A program made the position numbers and the translations under genes. Positions 1-8,404 of a DNA stretch of 32,000 nt are shown in pieces. Position 1 is the first letter of the stretch; each line of letters starts with the position of its first letter. Source of the DNA: Telmatocola sphagniphila (GTDB lineage: Bacteria; Planctomycetota; Planctomycetia; Gemmatales; Gemmataceae); NCBI RefSeq assembly GCF_018398935.1, contig NZ_CP074694.1:2430001-2462000 (forward strand), in the 5' to 3' direction. Under the pieces are notes generated by a model. It made no database searches and was not told the origin of the DNA. It worked only from the letters and a program-made list of their open reading frames with translations.

Positions 1-1781
1 AGCTTCAACTGACTGGTCAACTCCCGCGGCCCGACGACAAATGCCGCATTGCGAGCCAACCCCCATTCTGGACGAACCTCCGACCAGTCGCAACTGCGAC
101 GGGAGGCATTCGCGTTGCTGGAAGGATAATTCGAAGCTGCCACCAAAGAAGAACTGCGAGCGTTCGCGTTCAGAACTCGAGCTTTCTCCAGATTCTTGCG
201 CAGCTTCGCGACGAGATCGCTAACAGACAGCGGATATTTTTCGTCGTAAATCACCACTTCATCCGTCGTAGTGTTGTGTTCCGCGGCCAGGAACCAGGTA
301 TGACCGGGGATGGTGATTCCCTTGTCCAGTAAGCCAGAGCGAACTTTCGCCGTGTTTAACATCTTTACCAGGGTCTTGGCATTAAAACCGCCATGATTGC
401 CACCGCACGCTCCGCAATCGAGCGCGGTGGCGTAGGCATTGTTTCGGGTTTCGCTGCCATGACCACACATTACAATCAACAGGGAAAAATTTTCCGTCAG
501 CCCCATCATTCGTAACGCCGATTCGCAATAATCGATTTGCTGGCTTAAGTTGATTGATTCCAAACTCACTTTGGTGGCCGGTTTCGAAACAACTGCCTTC
601 ATCGCTTTTTGGAGTGTGTCGCGATAGAGCTTAGGTGTGAAGGTTCGGGCCAGCATCTGCAGCCCCAGCCAGGGGCCGATCATTTCCACAAGGGCAAAGG
701 GAGTGGAAAAATTATACTTGAGCGTTGGGTAGTACGACTTCACCGCATTCCAGAAGGATCGTCGCTGAACGGATCGCGTCACCAAAAGTGCAGCTTTATC
801 CACCGGCTCCTCGTGCACTTCATAGCACGGCTTGAGAAGCACTGGGCAGGAATCGAAAGCTTCCTCCTTCTCCCAGGATTTCGCACGAATCGGTAATCCG
901 AAAAAACCGGCAAAGCCGAAGGTTTGATAGTTCCCCTGAGCTTCGATCGCCCGCCGGAAAGGTTCCGATCGAACATCGATACAGAAAATCAACTGTGCTT
1001 CGGCGTGCGAAGCTTTCTTGCGTTCTAGAAAGTGCGACTCGTGTACTAGATCGACGAGTAATTGATTACGGAAGCGATCCTCGGCTTGGATGATTTTCTC
1101 GAATTCGGCCGATGGAAGGTCGAACTCTTGCTTCAAGACGCAGGCCTCGGGCCAGATCGCAAGGGTGATAATCAGTCGTACCGCCAGATATTCAGTCAAC
1201 GTGATCAGATTTGCCAGCCCTTCGCACGCATTCCGCCAGTGTGTACGCCATTGAATATAGCCAGCCCAACCAGTCAGCGCGGCGAGATTTTGCCTGAGAA
1301 ATTCTTCGTGATCTTCCTCGAGTATTCTCAACTTCGCCAGACTCTGTTCGATGGCCGCTTCCGGATTTTCGGGAAGCTTTTTCAACCAGTCAGTCACCGA
1401 AGGATTTTATTTCAGTTGACGATCATATTTCGCCAAATCGACGAAAGTTCTGTAAAAGCCGCGTTCCCGATTCGGCATCGCGATCGCTGCCTGTCCCTCA
1501 TCCAGAAATGCGGCGAGCCATTTGATTATTTCTCGATTAACTGCCTCCCGGCCGGATATCGCCAACTTGCCCAAGCTATGATATCCGGTGGATTTTTTGA
1601 CTGCCTCCTCGAAAGGAAGATCTTCAAGCTCAAGCAATGGATTGCAGGCAATAATGGTTTTCAGTGGCCAGACCGGCGCAAGCACATTCGCCGCTCTCGA
1701 AATTTTTTCCGAAAGAGGCACCGACGATCGGTCACTCGAAAGTGTCAGGTTAGGTTTCTCAAGTTTCAGCATAATGCCCAT
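1..1781 (-). pseudogene. dabA: DabA (DUF2309) subunit of a DAB-type inorganic-carbon pump; C-terminus runs off the left window edge; one in-frame TAA at 1407-1409 (codon 125)
   Basis: Track ORF 1407..1880(-) supplies the N-terminus (TIIACNPLLELEDLPFEEAV...GFYRTFVDLAKYDRQLK*). I translated the same frame by hand from 1406 down to 3 and found no other stop. It reads NPSVTDWLKKLPENPEAAIEQ...AALTGWAGYIQWRTHW...LIFCIDVRSEPFRR...TFGFAGFFGLP...MCGHGSETRNNAYATALDCGACGG...DWSEVRPEWGLARNAAFVVGPRELT, which I recognise as DUF2309/DabA hallmarks. The likely start is ATG 1779-1781 (MGIMLKLEKPN) with AAGGAA just upstream, 11 nt after the dabB stop. The track start at 1880 would overlap dabB by 88 nt. Confidence 0.75.
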
Positions 1782-1792
1782 CGGCGTTCCTT

Positions 1793-3145
1793 TTAGTAGT
1801 GGTATTGAGCCCGGACGTTGGTGATGGTGTGTGGACTGGGCTGACTCGAATTCAGCGCGGACATGTACAGGCGTTTCCAAAGTTCCGTGTTTTGAAACCG
1901 TTGAATTCCATTCAAGTTCATGAATAACCAGATCATCCCAATGAAACCAAATCCGGTAACATAGCAGACATCGAGTGGCTGCGGCGTCATCAGATGCAAC
2001 GGCTCAAGAAGCACATCGATCAGGAAAATACTGAGGCCGTAGAGTCCCCCGCCGAAAATGGAGGCGACCGCCGCTCCGAGAATCCGGGAAAGACTTTTTC
2101 CCGTTTCAAGAACACGGCCCGCAAGTTGACAGCACGTCATGAAGGCCAGGCCCACCAGGAGAAGACGGGTGTCCAGAGTCGGGTTCAACAGTCCGCTGAT
2201 CAGAAGAAAGGCGAAAGCACCTGGAACTCCCAACCCGAGAGCTAGAAGGAAAGTAACGAAGCTGCGGCTTCCAAAATAGGCCTTCCGCTTGGGATCTTCC
2301 AAAACCGAACTGGCCGAGAGAAAAAGATACGCTTTGAACAAGCCATGCCAGCAGAGATGAGAGATGGCCGGTGCGAACAGCCCCATGCCGCACTGCATGA
2401 GCATGAAGCCCATCTGCCCTAGAGTCGAACAGGCCAGCATCCGTTTGATATCGGTCTGGATCAGCTTCCAACTGGTCCCGAGTACTGCCGAGATCAGTCC
2501 CAGAACAAAGACACTGTGTAGCAAAATCGGTTGCGTCTGAAACATCGGGGCAAAGCGGACCAACAAAAAGCCGCCACCGTTGACCAATCCGGCGTGCATA
2601 AGTGCCGAAACTGGAGTGGGAGAATTGAGGGAGGAGAGCAGCCATTTATGAAATGGCCAGGCAGCCGATTGCGTAACTGCGGCCAGAACAATCAATGCCA
2701 GAGCGATGGTCATCATCGGTTTACCGAACTGACCGGCTTGATCCAGGATCCGAGAGATGGAACTGCTTCCGGCCTGCTCCGAAAGTATTCCAAATCCGAT
2801 TGTTAGGAGCACAAATCCCAAGGCGAACGTCTTGAACGCCAACATCCCCGAGTTCCAGGCTGCTCGCCATTCGCTTTTGTGAATCATCAGGCGCACCAGC
2901 AGGAAATTGCTGATTCCCCAGGCGATAAGCATCACCGCCAGATGATCGGCAAAAACCATCCCTAGTACACTCAGTGCCAGAAATATTATTCCGGCCAGAT
3001 GCCGCCGATATTGGCGATCCCCCGCCAGGTAACGCCGGGAAAAGCTGAAAACATTGACGGCTACGAAGATAATCAGAGCCGCCATCACCAGATTCAACCG
3101 ATCGATCCGGAAGATCGGGAGATCCCAGTCCGTCACTAATCTCAT
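1793..3145 (-). CDS. dabB: DabB, NuoL/ND5/MnhA-like proton-conducting membrane subunit paired with DabA
   Basis: Polytopic membrane protein. The segment AAWPFHKWLLSSLNSPTPVSALMHAGLVNGGGFLLVRF matches the conserved xxWLPxAMxxPTPVSALxHAAT block of complex-I antiporter-like subunits. The gene lies immediately upstream of dabA. I moved the start to ATG 3143-3145 (MRLVTDWDLP), which has GGAGG 5 nt upstream. The track start at 3235 would lie inside the divergent regulatory region. Confidence 0.85.
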   Translation of the reverse strand: MRLVTDWDLPIFRIDRLNLVMAALIIFVAVNVFSFSRRYLAGDRQYRRHLAGIIFLALSVLGMVFADHLAVMLIAWGISNFLLVRLMIHKSEWRAAWNSGMLAFKTFALGFVLLTIGFGILSEQAGSSSISRILDQAGQFGKPMMTIALALIVLAAVTQSAAWPFHKWLLSSLNSPTPVSALMHAGLVNGGGFLLVRFAPMFQTQPILLHSVFVLGLISAVLGTSWKLIQTDIKRMLACSTLGQMGFMLMQCGMGLFAPAISHLCWHGLFKAYLFLSASSVLEDPKRKAYFGSRSFVTFLLALGLGVPGAFAFLLISGLLNPTLDTRLLLVGLAFMTCCQLAGRVLETGKSLSRILGAAVASIFGGGLYGLSIFLIDVLLEPLHLMTPQPLDVCYVTGFGFIGMIWLFMNLNGIQRFQNTELWKRLYMSALNSSQPSPHTITNVRAQYHY

Positions 3146-3196
3146 GAATTCCTCCTGTTTTTCACTGATGATCTTCAATTTAGCCGGGAGGTGAAT

Positions 3197-3211
3197 ATAA
3201 GTAAAATTTAT
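3197..3211. promoter_or_regulatory. Candidate LysR-type box: dyad ATAA-N7-TTAT containing a T-N11-A core
   Basis: ATAAGTAAAATTTAT lies in the 113-bp dabB/lysR divergent region. LysR regulators classically bind T-N11-A dyads in such regions. This is a sequence-only prediction in AT-rich DNA. Confidence 0.3.
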
Positions 3212-3212
3212 T

Positions 3213-3235
3213 GTTCTCATACCATCTATGAGCAA
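3213..3235. promoter_or_regulatory. 23-bp dyad GTTCTCATA-ccatc-TATGAGCAA, candidate operator
   Basis: Inverted repeat in the dabB/lysR divergent region. The left half is identical (9/9) and the right half 7/9 identical to the perfect palindrome at 14335-14357, with the same 5-bp spacer length. Confidence 0.4.
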
Positions 3236-3258
3236 TACTGATCGTTGGAGAATAGGCC

Positions 3259-4116
3259 ATGCCCTTTTACGTCGATAGCCTGCAGTTAAAAAGCTTCATT
3301 TCCATCGCGGAAACGGGAACCTTCAGTCAGGCCGCCCAAACGGTGGGACGAACGCAGTCGGCCTTGACCCTGCAAATCCAGAAGCTCGAAGCGCAACTGG
3401 GTTGCCCGTTATTCGATCGCAGCAGTCGTCGTGTCAGCCTGACTGAGCAAGGGGAAATCTTCCTCGGCTACGCAAAGCAGATGATTCAATTGCAATGGGA
3501 AGCGATCAGCCGGTTAAAAGAGCCCGATGTGAAAGGAGAGATTCGATTCGGTACACCGGAAGATTTTGCCACGCACTATCTTCCCGATGTGCTGGCCAGT
3601 TTTCGGCAGCATCACCCGCGCGTGCAATTGAACGTCCGCTGCGATCTGACTTTGAATCTGATCGACGGATTTCATCGCGGCGAATACGACGTGATCCTGG
3701 TGAAGCGCGATCCCCAGCGCGTCAAAGGCGGCACTAAAGTCTGGCGTGAGCCATTAGTCTGGGCAGCCGCCGATCACTATCGCTTCGAAGACCCTCTATC
3801 GTTGGTCCTTTCCCCTCAACCCTGCATCTATCGGGATCGAGCGGTGGCCGCGCTGAAAAGAGCCAAACGGACATGGAACATCTGCTACACCAGCCCCAGT
3901 CTCGCGGGAACTATCGCTGCAGTGAAAGCGGGCTTGGGAGTGACGGTTCTTCCTTCGCATATGATTCCGGCCGGGATTCACCCGTTACGCAAGGATGCGA
4001 AACTGCCCCATCTGGCCGATGCCGAAATTGCGCTGATGAAACGGGAAGAGCTTCCGAAAATTGCGGAGATGTTCGCGGAACATATCGTCCATAGTTTGGA
4101 AAGCAAGGGGGGTTGA
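3259..4116 (+). CDS. LysR-family transcriptional regulator, divergent from dabB
   Basis: 285 aa. The N-terminal winged-HTH FISIAETGTFSQAAQTVGRTQSALTLQIQKLEAQLGCPLFDR is typical of the LysR family, and the C-terminal length fits the substrate-binding fold. GGAG lies 8 nt upstream of the ATG. Confidence 0.9.
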   Translation: MPFYVDSLQLKSFISIAETGTFSQAAQTVGRTQSALTLQIQKLEAQLGCPLFDRSSRRVSLTEQGEIFLGYAKQMIQLQWEAISRLKEPDVKGEIRFGTPEDFATHYLPDVLASFRQHHPRVQLNVRCDLTLNLIDGFHRGEYDVILVKRDPQRVKGGTKVWREPLVWAAADHYRFEDPLSLVLSPQPCIYRDRAVAALKRAKRTWNICYTSPSLAGTIAAVKAGLGVTVLPSHMIPAGIHPLRKDAKLPHLADAEIALMKREELPKIAEMFAEHIVHSLESKGG

Positions 4117-4222
4117 GGCCACTGTAACTTCGCCGGCTTTTGCCCTCGCACTGCCCTACCACCTTGCGGGATAGCCTTACTGTCCATAAGCCTATGTTCA
4201 TTCTTACTTACAGAGCACTCGC

Positions 4223-5176
4223 ATGATCGAAACCATTTACAAGCCGGGCACCCTGCCGCATCGCATTCTGGGCAAAACCGGGGTTTCCGTATCCCTCATT
4301 TGTCTGGGCGGCTGGCATATCGGTTCTCTCGAATCGCTGGAAGCCATTCGTTTGATGCACCGAGCCATCGATGAGGGGATCGATTTTTTCGATAACGCCT
4401 GGGACTACCACATGGGCGGTAGCGAAACCGTCATGGGCGATGCTCTCGCGATGGACGGTAAGCGGCAGAAAGTCTTCCTGATGACCAAAAACTGTGCTCG
4501 TGATGCCGTTGGCACCCGGCAACATCTGGAAGACAGCTTGCGCCGGCTGAAGACCGATTGCATCGACCTCTGGCAGTTCCACGAATGCAACTACGACAAT
4601 GATGCGGAATGGTTGCTGGAGCGAGGCGCCTTGGCGGAAGCGATCAAAGCAAAGAAAGAAGGCAAGGTCCGTTTCATTGGCTTCACCGGGCACAAGTCCC
4701 CCGATATTCATCGGAGCGTTTTGGACATCTATCCCGACTGGGATTGCACACAATTCCCCATCAACGTCTGCGATCACTTCTATCGCAGTTTCGAGAAGAA
4801 GTTTTTGCCCGTGCTACGCGAGCGCAATATCGGTGCGATCGGAATGAAAAGTTTAGGGGGTGGCGCGGGCGTTCGCGGTGCGGAGTTCACCTTCAATAAA
4901 ATTTGCGATCCGCGCGAGGCCCGCCGTTATGCCCTCTCGCAGGACATCCATTCTCTGGTGGTGGGTGTCGATTCCGAGAAAATTCTGGAGCAGGATCTGG
5001 CGATTGCCCGAGATTTCAAGCCGATGACCGAAGCCGAGATGAATACTCTACGGCAGCAGGTGAAAGCTATTGCGGGAGACGGTCGACACGAGCTATTCAA
5101 ATCGACTACACTGCACGACGGCCCGTACCATCGTGAGCAGCACGGGCTGGAAAAACTGGTCGCCACATTGAGCTAA
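4223..5176 (+). CDS. Aldo/keto reductase family oxidoreductase
   Basis: 317 aa. The blocks LGKTGVSVSLICLGGWHIG, IDFFDNAWDYHMGGSE, VFLMTKN, IDLWQFHE and FIGFTGH follow the AKR pattern, including the Asp/Tyr/Lys/His catalytic positions. Confidence 0.88.
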   Translation: MIETIYKPGTLPHRILGKTGVSVSLICLGGWHIGSLESLEAIRLMHRAIDEGIDFFDNAWDYHMGGSETVMGDALAMDGKRQKVFLMTKNCARDAVGTRQHLEDSLRRLKTDCIDLWQFHECNYDNDAEWLLERGALAEAIKAKKEGKVRFIGFTGHKSPDIHRSVLDIYPDWDCTQFPINVCDHFYRSFEKKFLPVLRERNIGAIGMKSLGGGAGVRGAEFTFNKICDPREARRYALSQDIHSLVVGVDSEKILEQDLAIARDFKPMTEAEMNTLRQQVKAIAGDGRHELFKSTTLHDGPYHREQHGLEKLVATLS

Positions 5177-5335
5177 ATATCCTGTGCTCAGATCCTGATT
5201 GTCCGCCGATTCGACACGCCTTCGGTGTGGAGAATCGTGGCTTGCGATGTTACCAATGGATCAGATTTAACGATTGACCCACGACACGATAAATTTTACT
5301 CAGATCAATCCCCGCCCTTTACGGCTTTTACCTTC

Positions 5336-5364
5336 TTGACATTCCCCGCCGACGACGATATTCT
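5336..5364 (+). promoter_or_regulatory. Sigma70-like promoter candidate: TTGACA-17 nt-TATTCT
   Basis: A perfect -35 hexamer and a 17-nt spacer, 94 nt upstream of the DUF1549/1553 gene start. The -10 is mediocre, and planctomycete promoter rules are poorly known. Confidence 0.3.
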
Positions 5365-5457
5365 CTTGTTTGCTAGTTTGATCTCCCGCCGGATTGCTGA
5401 GCTGTCTGGGCTCGTTCAATCTCTCTCCTTCCAACCAGACTGTAAAGTAGATCCCTC

Positions 5458-7095
5458 ATGCACAACCCAAGGTGCATTCGGTGGATTTTCCTGGGCCTGA
5501 CCGTACTGCTGTACCCGGCAGTAAGCTCTGCTGCGGAATCTCTCAATAGCCGAATCGACCAGTTTATCACCGAGGGCTACGGGAAATTTAAGCAGGAAGT
5601 TTCACCCCGATCCGACGATGCGGAATTCCTGCGAAGAATTTATCTCGATCTGCTTGGCCGTATTCCTTCTACCGCAGAAGCACGCGCGTTCCTGGAGGAT
5701 CGCCATCCTCGCAAGCGCGAACGCCTGATCGATCGACTCCTGGCGAAACCTGAACATGCCCGGCACCTCCAACAAGTTTTCGATGTGCTGTTTTTGGAGC
5801 GTCGAGCCGATGAAAAAGTCCCCCGCGCAGCCTGGGAAGAATTTTTGTTACAATCCTTAGCCGCCAATAAGCCTTACGATCAGTTAGTTCGGGAGTTACT
5901 CTCTACCGATGGTGCAGACCCGAAGACGCGTCCGGCCGCGAAGTTTCTGCTTGAACGCAATCTCGAGCCAGTGCTGTTGACACGCGATATCTCCCGAATT
6001 TTTCTCGGACGTAATTTGCAATGCGCTCAATGTCACGATCACCCTCTCGTAGATGATTACAAACAGGAAGATTTCTATAGTATTCAGGCCTTCTACAACC
6101 GGGCATTTCTCTATCCCAACGCCCAAACTGCAACCGCTGTCATTGCGGAGAAAGCCGAAGGAGAAGTCTCTTTCGTCAGTGCGTTCGATCCCAAAAAGAC
6201 ACAAAAAAGTTCTCCCCCACGAGTTCTGATGGGTCGATCCTTCAAGGATCCCAAAGTGGAGAAAGGGAAAGAATACAAAGTCGCTCCTGCCAAGGATGTG
6301 AAGCCGATTCCGGCGGTCAGTCGCTTTGCGAAGCTAGCCCCCGCTATCACGGGATCCGACAATCCAGCCTTCGCACGCACGGCTGTCAATCGGATTTGGG
6401 CGCAATTGATGGGCCGCGGTCTGATTCATCCGTTGGACTTCGATCATTCGGGCAATCCTCCCTCGCACCCGCAACTGTTGGAAATGCTGGCAGAAGAATT
6501 CGAGGCTAAACAATTCGATGTTCGCTGGCTAATTCGGGAAATCACGCTTAGCGAAAGCTATCAACGCTCGAGTGAGTGCAAATCGGGAACTCTATCTCCC
6601 GATCATCTGGATCGATATCTGGTGGCAAACTTAAAACCGCTTTCTCCCGAGCAATTGGCTTACAGCACCTTGCAGGCGACGGGCTTTACGGACACTGTGA
6701 AAGCGTCTCTGGGAGCCGAAGTCGCGGAACCTGTATTGCATGGCAAACTGGCCCCTAATGCAACTCCGATCATTAGAATCTTTGCGGCTCTCCCCGGAGA
6801 GCCGCAGGATGGTTTTGCCTCCACGCTCGACCAGACCCTGTTTGTCAAGCACAACGGCAGCGTGAGAAATCTTCTGAATGCTCAACCGAACAATCTGCTC
6901 GATCGCTGTCTCAAAATGCCGGACAACAGCGCGGCCACGGAAGAAATCTTCCTCGCGGTGCTCACCCGTTATCCGACGGCCGCGGAACGTGCTGCAATTG
7001 TTCACTATCTGACCTCCTCAAAAGAACGTTCTGTCGCCTTTTCCGACGTGATTTGGTCCCTGCTGGCCTCCAACGAATTTCGTTTCAACCATTGA
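5458..7095 (+). CDS. DUF1549/DUF1553 (PSCyt2/PSD1-type) protein with a CxxCH motif, secreted
   Basis: Signal peptide IRWIFLGLTVLLYPAVSSAAE. DUF1549 block DDAEFLRRIYLDLLGRIPSTAEARAFLED. Heme-c-type CAQCH at the centre. DUF1553 block NPAFARTAVNRIWAQLMGRGLIHPLDF. Typical C-terminal ending LLASNEFRFNH. Confidence 0.9.
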   Translation: MHNPRCIRWIFLGLTVLLYPAVSSAAESLNSRIDQFITEGYGKFKQEVSPRSDDAEFLRRIYLDLLGRIPSTAEARAFLEDRHPRKRERLIDRLLAKPEHARHLQQVFDVLFLERRADEKVPRAAWEEFLLQSLAANKPYDQLVRELLSTDGADPKTRPAAKFLLERNLEPVLLTRDISRIFLGRNLQCAQCHDHPLVDDYKQEDFYSIQAFYNRAFLYPNAQTATAVIAEKAEGEVSFVSAFDPKKTQKSSPPRVLMGRSFKDPKVEKGKEYKVAPAKDVKPIPAVSRFAKLAPAITGSDNPAFARTAVNRIWAQLMGRGLIHPLDFDHSGNPPSHPQLLEMLAEEFEAKQFDVRWLIREITLSESYQRSSECKSGTLSPDHLDRYLVANLKPLSPEQLAYSTLQATGFTDTVKASLGAEVAEPVLHGKLAPNATPIIRIFAALPGEPQDGFASTLDQTLFVKHNGSVRNLLNAQPNNLLDRCLKMPDNSAATEEIFLAVLTRYPTAAERAAIVHYLTSSKERSVAFSDVIWSLLASNEFRFNH

Positions 7096-7117
7096 TTCTC
7101 TGGAATCGAAGGGAACT

Positions 7118-8404
7118 ATGCGTACCTGCACTTATGCCTGTGAAAGCGATGCCCACTTGCTGAACCGGCGGGGTTTTCTTGGTGCCTCGGCCAGCGGCTT
7201 GGCCGGATTATTGGGATATACCAACCTGACCACCGCCGCCGCGGAATTGAACAAAATTAATAAGCGAATGCTGGTTATCTTTCTCGCAGGCGGGGTCAGC
7301 CAGTTGGAAACCTGGGATCCCAAACCTGGCACCGACACCGGCGGCCCATTCCGGGCAATTCCAACAAGCGTTCCCGGCATTCACGTCTCCGAATTACTGC
7401 CGCAAACCGCCAGGCAGATGCATCGCATGTCGATTGTTCGCGGAGTTAACACCGCCGAAGATGAGCATGGACGAGGCGAGATCATCATGTTGACCGGCCG
7501 GCGACCTGAAGCGGGCATTCAATATCCTCACATCGGGGCCGTGACAGCGAAACTGCTGCAACCGGGCAATGCAGAACTGCCGGGCCACATTCATATCAGC
7601 CCCAGCGCGGGGAGTTCCTTCAACAAGGCCGATGCCGGTTTTCTCGGGCCGCAGTTCGCTTCGGTGACACTCGGCGATGGCAAACCGCCCGCCGACCTTT
7701 TGCGGCCCTCAGGTCTAACCCACGATGCGGATGCTTCTCGCGAATCGCTTCGTCAGATGCTCAACGACAAGTTCGCAAAATCGCGCCGCTCGGCTCAGAC
7801 CGATGCCTATGCTTCGTCCTACGAACAGGCAGCGAAGGTCGTGGCGCGCGCGGATGTCTTCGATGCTTCCAAAGAAGATCCCAAGGTGGCCGAGCGTTAC
7901 GGCAAGCACGATTTCGGCCGACATATGCTGCTGGCCCGGCGGCTCCTGGAACATGGCGTGCCTTTTGTGAAGGTGACCCATAGCAATTACGATACTCACC
8001 ACGAAAATTTCGATTTTCATATCGAACAGTTGGGCGAGTTCGATCGTCCGTTCGCAACGCTGCTGACCGATCTGTCGGAGCGGGGATTGCTCGAATCGAC
8101 GCTCGTCGTCGTGATGTCCGAATTCGGTCGTACCCCCCGAATCAACGAACGCTACGGACGGGATCATTGGTCGAAAGCCTGGAGCGTAGCTCTCGCCGGC
8201 GCGGGCCTCAAACCCGGTTCGGTGGTCGGAAAGACCAACGCTAATGGTACCGCTGTGACGGAACGGGAAGTGAACGGCGGGCACCTGTTCCACACCTATC
8301 TGAAAGCATTGAAACTGAAGTCCACCGCTAATTTTTATCCGGATGATCGACCGGTTCCCATCGCCGATCCTAAAGCTTCTTCCATCGACGAGATCCTGGC
8401 ATGA
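7118..8404 (+). CDS. DUF1501 protein (sulfatase/alkaline-phosphatase-like fold), Tat-exported
   Basis: Twin-arginine signal NRRGFLGASASGLAG. Blocks FLAGGVSQLETWDPKP, HSNYDTHHENF and VVVMSEFGRTPRIN...GRDHW. GAAGGGA RBS. The start lies 22 nt after the DUF1549/1553 stop. Confidence 0.9.
   Translation: MRTCTYACESDAHLLNRRGFLGASASGLAGLLGYTNLTTAAAELNKINKRMLVIFLAGGVSQLETWDPKPGTDTGGPFRAIPTSVPGIHVSELLPQTARQMHRMSIVRGVNTAEDEHGRGEIIMLTGRRPEAGIQYPHIGAVTAKLLQPGNAELPGHIHISPSAGSSFNKADAGFLGPQFASVTLGDGKPPADLLRPSGLTHDADASRESLRQMLNDKFAKSRRSAQTDAYASSYEQAAKVVARADVFDASKEDPKVAERYGKHDFGRHMLLARRLLEHGVPFVKVTHSNYDTHHENFDFHIEQLGEFDRPFATLLTDLSERGLLESTLVVVMSEFGRTPRINERYGRDHWSKAWSVALAGAGLKPGSVVGKTNANGTAVTEREVNGGHLFHTYLKALKLKSTANFYPDDRPVPIADPKASSIDEILA

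Noticed and set aside
1407-1409. Programmed recoding (selenocysteine/pyrrolysine) as an explanation of the dabA in-frame stop
   Set aside because: The codon is TAA. Sec uses TGA and Pyl uses TAG, and I see no SECIS-like element. Error, mutation or split gene are the realistic options.
1062-1796. 244-aa plus-strand ORF (and 609..896, 1588..1824)
   Set aside because: These lie antisense to the clearly recognisable DabA frame. The products are Arg/Ser/Phe-rich with no motifs. They are shadow ORFs.
1782-1880. Long N-terminal extensions proposed by the ORF track (dabA to 1880, dabB to 3235, hydrolase to 11767, DUF1559 to 23140, VOC2 to 26989, NTase-HD to 20835)
   Set aside because: Each extension overlaps the neighbouring gene or regulatory DNA. 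Each also precedes an internal ATG with a good RBS and/or a proper signal peptide. I preferred the shorter starts.
7715-8293. 192-aa minus-strand ORF inside the DUF1501 gene (also 10218..10793 in the beta-helix gene and 19984..20559 opposite the NTase-HD gene)
   Set aside because: These are antisense to genes with strong family motifs and have low-complexity Arg/Gly/Ser-rich products. They are typical shadow ORFs.
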